From the IMG/VR virus record IMGVR_UViG_3300030098_006079: 64,000 nucleotides of DNA; one strand, given 5' to 3'. This DNA is from a virus (taxonomy: Duplodnaviria > Caudoviricetes). The translations under genes and the position numbers were made by a program. Shown piece after piece: positions 1 to 9,047 of this stretch (position 1 is the first letter of the stretch; each line of letters opens with the position of its first letter). The notes under the pieces were generated by a model. That model worked only from the letters and a program-made list of their open reading frames with translations, had not been told where the DNA came from and searched no databases.

Positions 1-1
1 A

Positions 2-241
2 TTGCTTGGTTATAAAGGCCCTGAGTATTATGATACTGGTATCATTTACTGTCCTTATATCCCGGTTATGGTACAGCGATCAATTGATCCTAATTCCTTC
101 TATCCGAAGGTTGGTATGTTGACACGTTATGGTGTTGTTGATCACCTCTTTGGTGCTTCTAACTACTATCATGTTGTTTTCGTACTTGGATTAGGAACCG
201 CAGTCGGTTCTGGTGCTGCTGCATACACACCATTCCAGTAA
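2..241 (+). CDS. 23: Major capsid protein (T4 gp23 family), C-terminal fragment
   Basis: GYKG..YDTGIIYCPYIPV...FYPKVGMLTRYG matches the gp23 C-terminal signature; truncated by window start; followed by a terminator. Confidence 0.9.
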   Translation: MLGYKGPEYYDTGIIYCPYIPVMVQRSIDPNSFYPKVGMLTRYGVVDHLFGASNYYHVVFVLGLGTAVGSGAAAYTPFQ

Positions 242-260
242 TCTTTAAGATTATAAACAT

Positions 261-291
261 AAAGAGCGCCCGAAAGGGCGCTCTTTTTTTT
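261..291. terminator. Rho-independent terminator, probably bidirectional
   Basis: AAAGAGCGCCC-GAAA-GGGCGCTCTTT plus T-tract, between convergent gene 23 and queF. Confidence 0.92.
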
Positions 292-308
292 ATTATGATG
301 AATAAGGA

Positions 309-1226
309 TTATTGTCTCAATGTTTTGATCCACGGAACCGTATGATCCCAAAAGAACTCATCAATCAAATATTCATGAGTAGTTCTAATAGGGTTAATGT
401 CCCAACCACCTCGTCGTACATATAAACATGCTACCATAAGGGACCGCGGCTCAAAAGTATTATTCAATCTAGTAAAAATAGTCTCACAAATCTCTTCATG
501 AAAATGACATTCATCTCTAAAAGAGATAATATACTTTAACAATTCTTTATCAGATGGATGCTTGGTACCTTCAAGAGAGATAAACACATCACCCCAGTCA
601 GGTTGAGAAGTAACACGACAGTTACTCTTAAGTAAGGATGACATTACTCTGTAAGGCTTATTAGTAGAGTTCAAATGCTTTGTCTCTAACAAGCCGGGTG
701 TTTCACTATAAACATTTACATAATAACTCTCTGCATCAATCTCATCAGTATTTTCTAATCTCTTATAGTTCTTATCAGTAAAAGGATTATCATTACTAAA
801 TGTATCGCTTGTAGGAAATACAGTAACTCTTACATCTGTCTGAAGATACTTACTCAAGTCTTTCGAAGCTGTATCTTCTAGATTCTTAATTACCTTATCA
901 AACGTATCTCCCATCTTAGTCATATTGAATGTATTCCAATACAACTTCATAGATTTAGATTCAACGATATACTTACTATCAGAAGGATATACTACTTTAG
1001 CAACCCCGCAAACAGGCACACCATTATTAGTTAATGCTGATATCTCGTAACCATTCCATACATCACAACCAATAAAAGGTAAGCTCTTTTCTTTAATGCC
1101 TAAGTGCTTACGATTACTCGATCGTGGTTCTCTCACTAACAGACTTGCATCATACTCAGATTTATACTGACTAGACTGTCCTAAGTGCTTACTAATATTT
1201 TTATTATCTAGTTTTGACATCTTCAA
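309..1226 (-). CDS. queF: NADPH-dependent preQ0 reductase, bimodular QueF
   Basis: QueF motif VESKSMKLYWNTFN, catalytic LKSNCRVTSQPDWG, FHEEICE and YVRRGGWDINP. Confidence 0.92.
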   Translation of the reverse strand: MKMSKLDNKNISKHLGQSSQYKSEYDASLLVREPRSSNRKHLGIKEKSLPFIGCDVWNGYEISALTNNGVPVCGVAKVVYPSDSKYIVESKSMKLYWNTFNMTKMGDTFDKVIKNLEDTASKDLSKYLQTDVRVTVFPTSDTFSNDNPFTDKNYKRLENTDEIDAESYYVNVYSETPGLLETKHLNSTNKPYRVMSSLLKSNCRVTSQPDWGDVFISLEGTKHPSDKELLKYIISFRDECHFHEEICETIFTRLNNTFEPRSLMVACLYVRRGGWDINPIRTTHEYLIDEFFWDHTVPWIKTLRQ

Positions 1227-1758
1227 TAATCTCTATCATCTTATTATATCTACTCTCTACACTTCCTTCCAGTACATAAATATTAGGATACTTCCCTAAT
1301 ATCAATTCTTCATATAGTTTAATAATTTGACTTCTAAAACTCTCACTCATAGATCTTTCTCCATCATTGATAAGAGGAACATCATAAGGATTAGTATAGA
1401 AGATACAATCATACTTTTCTATATATCTACCTAATGCATAACTAAACATTTTATCTACAAACTCATTTACTTTACCTTGTATTCTAAAATATCTAGTATA
1501 AACAAAACCATCTACTATACAACGATCTAAGATATTGTTCATATCTTTACCGCTATAAGTAAATAAATTTTGAATATGATCAGCAAAAATAGCTAACTGC
1601 GTATCATTATAGTTTGAACCATCGTCGTTAATCTCAAAACCACCACGCCGGATACGTCTTGTAACCTCATCGACTGAGCCCCATGCATTTGACTCTAAGA
1701 ATTCGCGCAACAGAGTAGTTTTACCACTACTCTGTGCGCCTGTAAAAGAAACTAACAT
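1204..1758 (-). CDS. P-loop nucleotide kinase-like protein (AAA_28/NadR-like)
   Basis: N-terminal Walker A FTGAQSSGKTT, ILDRC motif, DGERS lid-like segment. Confidence 0.7.
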   Translation of the reverse strand: MLVSFTGAQSSGKTTLLREFLESNAWGSVDEVTRRIRRGGFEINDDGSNYNDTQLAIFADHIQNLFTYSGKDMNNILDRCIVDGFVYTRYFRIQGKVNEFVDKMFSYALGRYIEKYDCIFYTNPYDVPLINDGERSMSESFRSQIIKLYEELILGKYPNIYVLEGSVESRYNKMIEIIEDVKTR

Positions 1759-2108
1759 TATTTACCCCAGACACCATTATCGACTATCTGAGCGATTTTG
1801 CAATATAAACTTGAATCTTTCCATGCATCTTGAATAGGTTCATTAGCAGCTTCAGCAGTACGTTTCTTAATGACGAGATTAATGAGTCTCTGTACTTTAT
1901 CATTAACACGGAATACTAGTCCAGCTTTAGCAACTAAACGGCCATCCGGTTTAGATAAGTCCTGACCTACAGAAATATTAGTAGGGCCATAGTCGTATTG
2001 CTTATTAATAAATAGCTTGTATTCTTCTTCGAGAAGATCTCTCAACATTGCACATGTCTCAGGATAATCATTCTCTACTTCCGCCTTGATTTCAGTGTAA
2101 TCTTTCAT
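1758..2108 (-). CDS. Nucleotide-modification-associated domain protein (DUF1599/Nmad1-like)
   Basis: KQYDYG...GLVFRVNDKVQRL...D..KD...Y pattern; lies inside the base-modification operon. Confidence 0.7.
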   Translation of the reverse strand: MKDYTEIKAEVENDYPETCAMLRDLLEEEYKLFINKQYDYGPTNISVGQDLSKPDGRLVAKAGLVFRVNDKVQRLINLVIKKRTAEAANEPIQDAWKDSSLYCKIAQIVDNGVWGK

Positions 2109-2670
2109 TTAAAAAATTTATCCAAAGTTTTGTAGATTCAACATGAAGAGCTTTTTCTAGTTCTTCATATGTATTAAAGTTATTATCTATAATTGCATTT
2201 GCAACAATAGGACCATCATCGAGCTCGGGCGTTACCTTATGAATAACGCACCCAGCTCGATCATGTTTTGCTTCCCAAGCTTTTTTCTGAGGGTTAAAGC
2301 CTTTCAATTCTGGATAGATATCAATAGCGCCTGGATGACCATTATAGATGTTTGATGATCTAGTAAAGTCAGGAGGTAATATTCTCAGATACCCGTGCAA
2401 AGTAACAAACACCCCTTTAGCCCAATCATCATTAAGAATAGAATAGTTAAGAGCATCAGCTGCTTTAAGATAATCCATCTCTTTTGGCCATTTAGGTAAT
2501 CGTACAAACGGGAGACCTCCTGTTGACCTCTTATAGATCAATTCAATATTTGTACCTATATCTTCTTGTCTATTAGTAACAATAAGATCAGGCCATCTTT
2601 TGATCTGTTTAGAGATGTTTACAATTTCAGAACCAGTCTGACTATAAAATGCTACCCACTTCATTACCAA
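2092..2670 (-). CDS. PurN-like formyltransferase, probably DpdN-type preQ1 formyltransferase
   Basis: Formyl_trans_N motifs LHGYLRILP, NGHPG, GCVIHKVTPELDDGPIV; located between dpdA-like and queF genes. Confidence 0.8.
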   Translation of the reverse strand: MVMKWVAFYSQTGSEIVNISKQIKRWPDLIVTNRQEDIGTNIELIYKRSTGGLPFVRLPKWPKEMDYLKAADALNYSILNDDWAKGVFVTLHGYLRILPPDFTRSSNIYNGHPGAIDIYPELKGFNPQKKAWEAKHDRAGCVIHKVTPELDDGPIVANAIIDNNFNTYEELEKALHVESTKLWINFLNERLH

Positions 2671-3494
2671 TATCTTCTTTTAATAATTCTTTTGAACTGA
2701 CTTGTATTATACAAAATACGCTCTACTGCATCTTCATCAGGTTGCGCACCTATTAAGTCTGCTAACAGTTGTGATGGTTTATGATCTAGACCGAAGTCTC
2801 CATTATAGGTATAACCTAACAGACCTGCTACAACTGGATTAGATGTATCTAAGCTTCTAATATTATAGATATTATTATCTACATACCATCTAAACTCACT
2901 CGCAAGTGACGCACCTAACAAATGATGAGGTTTATTCCAGTCCCATTCTCCTTCGTCAATTAATCTTTTAACTAGATTCTGTCGTCCAGTGGATTGCCTT
3001 TTCAATTTAGCGTTTTCATCACAAATATGGCTAATGCCTGTAACATGATACATACTAAAATCGAAACTGATAGCGACATAATCCGCATTATTTTTCATAA
3101 AGCGATAACAATCTACTACCTCTGACCAAGTATCGCCTTGAACTGCTCCTATTCTAGCGCCTGGTAATTTACCATAGTTAGCTCGAAAATCTTTAAAATG
3201 ACTTATTGTCGCTGGTCCATTTTCAAGAACATCAGGGACAATATAATAATTAGGTTTAATCTTCTCACACCAAATAGCGTATTTGTCAGCATCAAACGCT
3301 TCTTTTAGTTCAAAGATAGAATTATCTAAGAGAATCTCTCCATTAGGTACTTTAGCTCTATATTTTTCTAGAAACCATTCTTTATATTCTTCTTGTTCTT
3401 CCATTAGATGGACTAAACAATATTGATAATCATTGTATTCTACCGATTCTGGTAGGAGAGCTATAGGAGATTCGTGCGATACCTTAATCGTCAT
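2664..3494 (-). CDS. dpdA: TGT-fold 7-deazaguanine DNA transglycosylase, DpdA-like (DpdA3-type suspected)
   Basis: LLDNSIFE, IVPDV, GAVQG, HHLLG, IRSLDTS motifs of TGT/DpdA barrels; no C-terminal Zn site visible; first gene of the queF operon. Confidence 0.72.
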   Translation of the reverse strand: MTIKVSHESPIALLPESVEYNDYQYCLVHLMEEQEEYKEWFLEKYRAKVPNGEILLDNSIFELKEAFDADKYAIWCEKIKPNYYIVPDVLENGPATISHFKDFRANYGKLPGARIGAVQGDTWSEVVDCYRFMKNNADYVAISFDFSMYHVTGISHICDENAKLKRQSTGRQNLVKRLIDEGEWDWNKPHHLLGASLASEFRWYVDNNIYNIRSLDTSNPVVAGLLGYTYNGDFGLDHKPSQLLADLIGAQPDEDAVERILYNTSQFKRIIKRRYW

Positions 3495-3500
3495 ACTTTT

Positions 3501-3528
3501 ATTATAGTGGTTTCACTATAAAGATCAA
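3501..3528 (-). promoter_or_regulatory. Sigma70-like promoter of the deazaguanine operon with overlapping inverted repeat
   Basis: Minus strand TTGATC-N16-TATAAT; palindrome TATAGTG-GTTT-CACTATA at 3503-3520. Confidence 0.65.
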
Positions 3529-3531
3529 GTA

Positions 3532-3538
3532 ATAAATA
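3532..3538 (+). promoter_or_regulatory. T4-type late promoter core
   Basis: ATAAATA just upstream of the ATG at 3544. Confidence 0.55.
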
Positions 3539-3543
3539 ATTAT

Positions 3544-4860
3544 ATGGCTTTTAGCTTTGATACTCTTGTCAACGATCAAAAACAAGCTGCAGTAGATGTA
3601 GTTGATACTATTACTCCAAGACAAGTCAAACAGATAGGTAATGCATATAAAGAAGGTTTAAATGCATCTCCTAAACAAGTTATTAATGAGACTCTCGAAC
3701 AATTTACAGGCGTTAATCTGAGCCAGGGTGCAGGAGCAGATGGGTTAGGCCAGCAATTAAAAAGTTTTTTTGCTAGTCAAGCTGGTAATCTCGCGTTACA
3801 GCTAGAGCAACAAATTTTAGGTTGTATAAATACTCAAATTAGAGACTTAATGAACAGAGTTCCTGAGCTTGCTTTTGCGTTAGATTTTGAAAATCAGATT
3901 AATCAAATCTTAGGTGACTTTCGAAATAAGTTAGAACAAAAAATCGACGGAGAATTACGTAAGCTCGCATATAAGAAAATTAAAATACAGCAAACCGCTT
4001 TATTTAAACAGCGTATTCGCGCTAAAATAAAAGATATATGCCCTGGAGCAACTCCTGCAAGTGTTGCTGAGGTAAGAGATTTTAACAATAAGATAAAAGG
4101 TTTACTCGAAAAAAGACAGAGTGATAGTGTTGTGCCAGATACTAGCCCTACTATACCAGCAACGAGTATAACAACTAAATCTAAACCCAGTAAACAAGTA
4201 CCGACTGCTGTAGAAGGTCCTAGTGAGAGTCTTAAGAAAATTGTAAGAGAGGATCCAGTAAAGACACGAGAATTTGTTAGTGAGAAAACAGAAGAAGCAA
4301 AAAAAGTAGTAGAAGATACTGCTGTAGAGGAGTTAGATGAAGGGGATGACACAACAATAGAAGCTTTATCTGAAACTGTACCAAAAGAAGAAGTCCGTAA
4401 AAAAACTTGGTCAGCTTATAAAGTTGTAATTGTTAGAGCTAATATATTAAAAGACGGTGGAGTGTCTAACACTGATAATATAAATATTATTTTAGATAAA
4501 GCTGTGCCAGAGATTTTCTCAGAGTTTAAAAACAACATTGATAATGATCGTAAGTGGGATGATTCTCTTTTTGATAAAGAGAAAACCGAGAAAAAGAAGA
4601 ATTTAAGCCTTGGAGATGTTATGGTGTCAAGCTCGGCTGATCTTGTTAGTTATGGTGTAAGTCCTGCTACTGGCTTAAAGACAGCTATGGTGTCTTATAC
4701 GTTTCGTATAAACCATAAAACAGAATCTCGGTTTCTACACACTGCAAAGGTAATGGGAGAAATGTTTCAGGGTATGGGAGAGAGTTATGCTGAGGCAAGC
4801 AAATCGGCTTTAAATCTCTTAGAAAAAACAACAAGAAGAAAAACCTTAATGGAAAGCTAA
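3544..4860 (+). CDS. Hypothetical protein, possibly baseplate-associated
   Basis: 438-aa ORF with late-promoter motif, 9 nt upstream of the gp5-like gene; helical N-terminus and Pro/Thr/Glu-rich linker. Confidence 0.6.
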   Translation: MAFSFDTLVNDQKQAAVDVVDTITPRQVKQIGNAYKEGLNASPKQVINETLEQFTGVNLSQGAGADGLGQQLKSFFASQAGNLALQLEQQILGCINTQIRDLMNRVPELAFALDFENQINQILGDFRNKLEQKIDGELRKLAYKKIKIQQTALFKQRIRAKIKDICPGATPASVAEVRDFNNKIKGLLEKRQSDSVVPDTSPTIPATSITTKSKPSKQVPTAVEGPSESLKKIVREDPVKTREFVSEKTEEAKKVVEDTAVEELDEGDDTTIEALSETVPKEEVRKKTWSAYKVVIVRANILKDGGVSNTDNINIILDKAVPEIFSEFKNNIDNDRKWDDSLFDKEKTEKKKNLSLGDVMVSSSADLVSYGVSPATGLKTAMVSYTFRINHKTESRFLHTAKVMGEMFQGMGESYAEASKSALNLLEKTTRRKTLMES

Positions 4861-4869
4861 GTTTAAACT

Positions 4870-7254
4870 ATGAGTGTATATGTAAATGCAAACCCTGGTT
4901 CAGAACTTCAACCGAGAAAAGAATATTTCGGTAACTATCTTGGTATAGTCGTACAAAATAATGACCCAGATAAAGGCGGTAAGGTAAAAATATGGGTACC
5001 TCATATTTCCCCTACAGTGTATGAAAACTGGGATGAAAAAAATGAAGATAAATCATTTAAGTTTATTGGTAGAAATATCGATAGTGATATTACTGATATT
5101 GTAGAAGATTTAAAAAGAATACTTCCATGGGCTGAGTCTGCTTCTCCTATTATGGGAAGTTCTGCACCTGGTCGCTACAACGCTCACGATCAATTCGCTA
5201 CTATATCTGATACTAATAAACACTCAACTGCCTATCCTAAGTATGAAGAAGAAGGAGATCAACGATATAAATTAAATGATGATGGTATAGGTGAAAAACC
5301 AGCTCGTAAATATGAAGTACATTCTTTAAAGGTACATGATGCGTTCGCAGATAAAAACAAAGTTAACTTTAATAATTTAAATTTATATTCCTATAATTAC
5401 GTACCTTCTTCCTACTCTAATAGTGCAAAAGGTAGTTTTAGTATACCTAATGTAGGTGCACATGTATGGGTTTTCTTTAGTGAAGGGGATCCTAATAACC
5501 CTGTTTACTTTGCTACAACACACGGTACTGATGAATGGAAGTCTATACATAATAACTTTAACTCTCATGGTACAGACTATCCTGGTGCGTATGAAAACAC
5601 GTCTAAAGATTTAGATCCTAACTATAACCATAATACAGAGACGTATAGAAACAAATATGTTATAAATCAAAAAGGCGGTACAATTGAAATAGTAAGTACT
5701 GATAATAAAGAATCATTAAAATTTACACATTACTCTGGTTCGTTTAAAGAGTTTAATAATAAAGTTAATACTGAACTCGCAACAAATAATAACCAAAAAT
5801 TAGTACAAGGGGATGAGTTTTTTACAGTCAATGGTACTAAAAATGATTACGTTGGGAGAGATTATGATCAAATTGTTACCGGGGATTATTATAAGAAGAT
5901 TGGTAATTTAGAATATCAAATACATAAAGAGTGGAGAGATATAATGGAGACAATTGCTGATGCAAAGCAGTTGTTTGAGCAAAAGCGTACCGGAGTAGTT
6001 ACTGACACTAATCCGTTTATTAAAAAGAGTAGTGCTAAACAAACTAAAAGTGGTACTCCAGGGCCCTGCCCATTATGTAAGGAAACAACCACCAGAGATT
6101 TAATTTATGATAATTCATATGCGTTTACAAAAGTAAACCCTAATTATGAATATAAAAAAGGAGTACTTGTGTTTGATCATAGCGGAGAAATTACTTCTGC
6201 TAATTCAAATACAATGAGTAAACTAATAGCTCCAACCACATCGGGTAACTTTTTAGATGGAGGAGCATGTCCTGTGTGCGGTGGATCAGGGGAAAGTCCA
6301 TCAAGTTATAATGGACAATGGGACCCATCAGAAAAAGATACGCTTATTATCACTACACTCCGTGCACAAATCCAAAATGTAATTAATCTCGAAAAACAAT
6401 TAGGTATAGGTGGTAGTGAAATTATTAATGTATCAAAGCATAAGATAGAAAATATAGGTCTTATTTACAACGACTTTCCGTCGGTACGTATTGATGAAGC
6501 TGGTAAAATAGAGAACTATGAAACTAAAGTATTTCCTAAAGGGGTTGTTACAACTAAAAAAGAATCTGCTCTATTAGAGTATGTACATGTTGATGACTTC
6601 CCAGGTGGTGATTTTACTCAAAATATAGGTAACAAATGGAATGTATTAGTTGGTAGTGGTGGTGTATCTATTAAATCTACAGGTGGTGTAGATATTGGAG
6701 GTACTATAACTAACGTCGCGGGTCAGCAAGTTAATATTTCTTCTGAGTATGAAACTAACATTTCATCAAAGAGAGTTAATATCGCTGCTGAAATGCTCAC
6801 CTTACGTAATAAAAATAATAGACAAATTTTAGTTGACGGTAATCTAGGTGTTAATCAAAATGTTGTAATAGGTGGTAGTATGCATGTAGAAGGAGAGTTA
6901 AGTGTTCAGCATATTACTGCTCCTGTTGAGATACAAGAGACTGAACCAGTTGTAGCGTATAGTAAATTACTGACTGGTCTAGCGTTTGAGGCAACTATTA
7001 GCGGACACACTAAAGAAGGAACTGATGGTGCGAAAAATGGAGATTGTACAATAACCTTGAAAACAGATAGTAACGATAATTTAGTTAAAGCATATCCTCA
7101 CACCCATCCGTTCAAGAATGTGCCGCTCAAGTTAATGAAAGACAAAGATGAAGTACGTAAGGTAGGAGCCAAGCAAACAGACTTGCAAGGCCGTTCATCT
7201 GCAATCCCGGTCATACACGAACAAAAAACCGGTGAGACAGGTCCCACCGGTTAA
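4870..7254 (+). CDS. 5: Baseplate hub/central spike protein (gp5/VgrG-like, no lysozyme domain)
   Basis: OB-fold YLGIVVQNNDP..GKVKIWVP and SIPNVGAHVWVFFSEGDPNNPVYF; beta-helix repeats; C-terminal HTH(P) tip motif. Confidence 0.8.
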   Translation: MSVYVNANPGSELQPRKEYFGNYLGIVVQNNDPDKGGKVKIWVPHISPTVYENWDEKNEDKSFKFIGRNIDSDITDIVEDLKRILPWAESASPIMGSSAPGRYNAHDQFATISDTNKHSTAYPKYEEEGDQRYKLNDDGIGEKPARKYEVHSLKVHDAFADKNKVNFNNLNLYSYNYVPSSYSNSAKGSFSIPNVGAHVWVFFSEGDPNNPVYFATTHGTDEWKSIHNNFNSHGTDYPGAYENTSKDLDPNYNHNTETYRNKYVINQKGGTIEIVSTDNKESLKFTHYSGSFKEFNNKVNTELATNNNQKLVQGDEFFTVNGTKNDYVGRDYDQIVTGDYYKKIGNLEYQIHKEWRDIMETIADAKQLFEQKRTGVVTDTNPFIKKSSAKQTKSGTPGPCPLCKETTTRDLIYDNSYAFTKVNPNYEYKKGVLVFDHSGEITSANSNTMSKLIAPTTSGNFLDGGACPVCGGSGESPSSYNGQWDPSEKDTLIITTLRAQIQNVINLEKQLGIGGSEIINVSKHKIENIGLIYNDFPSVRIDEAGKIENYETKVFPKGVVTTKKESALLEYVHVDDFPGGDFTQNIGNKWNVLVGSGGVSIKSTGGVDIGGTITNVAGQQVNISSEYETNISSKRVNIAAEMLTLRNKNNRQILVDGNLGVNQNVVIGGSMHVEGELSVQHITAPVEIQETEPVVAYSKLLTGLAFEATISGHTKEGTDGAKNGDCTITLKTDSNDNLVKAYPHTHPFKNVPLKLMKDKDEVRKVGAKQTDLQGRSSAIPVIHEQKTGETGPTG

Positions 7255-7275
7255 CTAAAATTAATGTAAGTAGTT

Positions 7276-7698
7276 TTAAGCTACCTTAACATCAATTACT
7301 TTAGCTTCTTTACGAGCTTTCCGAGGAATAGTGATACTAAGTACCCCTTCTGAGATAGTAGCATCAAGCTCTGCACAATTCATCTCGTTACTTGGATGAA
7401 ATGAGCGAGTATATGTTTCTTCCTTACTACCAGTCTTAGTAGTAATTGAGCGCTTTGCCTCAACATATACATTATTAGATTCCTCAGAGTAAGTAACTTT
7501 GAGGTTTTCCTTCTTCACACCTGGAAGATCAATTTCAATGCGAGCACCATCTTCACTTTCATTAAAACGAATATTATCGTTTGAGAATGAAGCTGGAGTA
7601 GCAAAATTGTCTCCAAATGCAGTGTTGAATAAGTCAACGACTGGGCTGACTGACCCCGCCCGAGGGTTTGTTGTTAAGTAATTAAATAAGTTAGACAT
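7276..7698 (-). CDS. Small heat-shock protein (Hsp20)
   Basis: Alpha-crystallin motifs IEIDLPGVKKENLKV, ATISEGVLSITIP and C-terminal IDV. Confidence 0.88.
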   Translation of the reverse strand: MSNLFNYLTTNPRAGSVSPVVDLFNTAFGDNFATPASFSNDNIRFNESEDGARIEIDLPGVKKENLKVTYSEESNNVYVEAKRSITTKTGSKEETYTRSFHPSNEMNCAELDATISEGVLSITIPRKARKEAKVIDVKVA

Positions 7699-7706
7699 AA
7701 CGTAAG

Positions 7707-7736
7707 TATTTATACGCTATACCAGAGAAAGTGCAA
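7707..7736 (-). promoter_or_regulatory. Overlapping sigma70-like and late promoters for hsp20
   Basis: Minus strand TTGCAC-N16-TATAAA; the -10 is part of an exact TATAAATA at 7707-7714. Confidence 0.6.
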
Positions 7737-7739
7737 GAA

Positions 7740-7979
7740 TTATCTTATTTGGCGCTCGATCTTCTTTCCGGAGCGAATATTTTGTATAATCATTTTTTTC
7801 GCAACACCTATACGAACAGTAAAGTTAACGGTATCACCAGACATAACAGGAGAGCCTTCAATCTTACCAGGGTATCTATAGTTTTTAACTATATTACCTT
7901 TCAATGTCTCTCTAATTTGTAATTTAACAGAATTACCTTGTTGAGTTGCAATAGCGTAGTATGTCTCGTTTTTGTTCAT
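7740..7979 (-). CDS. Hypothetical protein
   Basis: 79-aa ORF with TAAATA upstream on the minus strand. Confidence 0.6.
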   Translation of the reverse strand: MNKNETYYAIATQQGNSVKLQIRETLKGNIVKNYRYPGKIEGSPVMSGDTVNFTVRIGVAKKMIIQNIRSGKKIERQIR

Positions 7980-8033
7980 TTTAATTATTTAATAATACTG
8001 GTATTAATGTGGTTAATATATTAAATATTTTAT

Positions 8034-9047
8034 ATGGCAACGGTTAAGAAGGCTAGATTATTTCTACGTAGAGGAACTGATACAGATAGAAAAACCTCAG
8101 TTCTGTGTTCTGGTGAGCTCGGTTACTCAACTGATGCATTTAGAGTTTTTATAGGTGATGGTGCTACATTAGGTGGTAACCCAGTTGGTATTACATCTTT
8201 TATGAGCGCGGGTTCTGCGTTTCATACAGATCTTGTTGAAGCATCAGCAGCCGGCTACGCATTCAAAGGTGATTTTGCTTTATTCCCATCTAAAACATAT
8301 CTTAATTTAAATAATACTCAAATTACTCCCCCGACAGGTTTTGCTGTTGCCATGGTATTAACAGGTGAAGATGGAGCTAGTAATGCTCAATCATGGGTTG
8401 CTTTAAACTCAGGCATTCCGTTTGGTAATATTGTTGTAGGTGACGATGAAATCTCAGCTGATAAAATTCACGGTGGTACGTTTTCTGGTGATGTAAATTT
8501 TGAAATGTCATCTGCGACAACTAAGCTTAGTAGTTTATCAGTTTCCCACTTAACAGCTTTTAATGCGACAATTTCTGGTGCTGGTGGTAGCGGTCATAGA
8601 TATGTTTTATCTGACCCAGACGGTAAGCTATGCAACTCAGCTGAGACATATGATATCGGTAATACGGGTATTCAATGGCTTACTCTTTATCACGAAATAA
8701 CAGCGCGAGACCCATCAGCATCTACTGTACCTGGACATAATCAAGATCATGAATATACCTTGCCGGCAGCCGTGCCGTCATCTGCTACATCTGTATTATT
8801 AGCTGGTACTTGGCGAAGAAACGATCGCATGAACCCGCCTGCTATCTTATATGCTGGTGATGTACATGCTCATTTCATTCTCGCCCAAGCATGGGTTGCT
8901 AATGATGAATTAGCGGCAGGAGCGTTCCAATCATGGATACCGATTGGTGCTAATAAAAAAATTAAAATTAAATTTAATGATAAGTGGGCTGGATTAACAG
9001 GCAATTCTACTAGCCAATGGGGTCTAAGTGCTATAGCTTGGATGTAA
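8034..9047 (+). CDS. Virion structural protein with Mtd_N-like N-terminal domain
   Basis: RLFLRRGT....LCSGELGYSTD..RVFIGDG is the Mtd_N/hyaluronidase-N pattern; TAAATA at 8022. Confidence 0.7.
   Translation: MATVKKARLFLRRGTDTDRKTSVLCSGELGYSTDAFRVFIGDGATLGGNPVGITSFMSAGSAFHTDLVEASAAGYAFKGDFALFPSKTYLNLNNTQITPPTGFAVAMVLTGEDGASNAQSWVALNSGIPFGNIVVGDDEISADKIHGGTFSGDVNFEMSSATTKLSSLSVSHLTAFNATISGAGGSGHRYVLSDPDGKLCNSAETYDIGNTGIQWLTLYHEITARDPSASTVPGHNQDHEYTLPAAVPSSATSVLLAGTWRRNDRMNPPAILYAGDVHAHFILAQAWVANDELAAGAFQSWIPIGANKKIKIKFNDKWAGLTGNSTSQWGLSAIAWM

Noticed and set aside
2092-2670. PurN as an ordinary purine-synthesis auxiliary gene
   Set aside because: It is embedded between dpdA-like and queF genes, and a separate purT covers that step; not formally excluded without assay.
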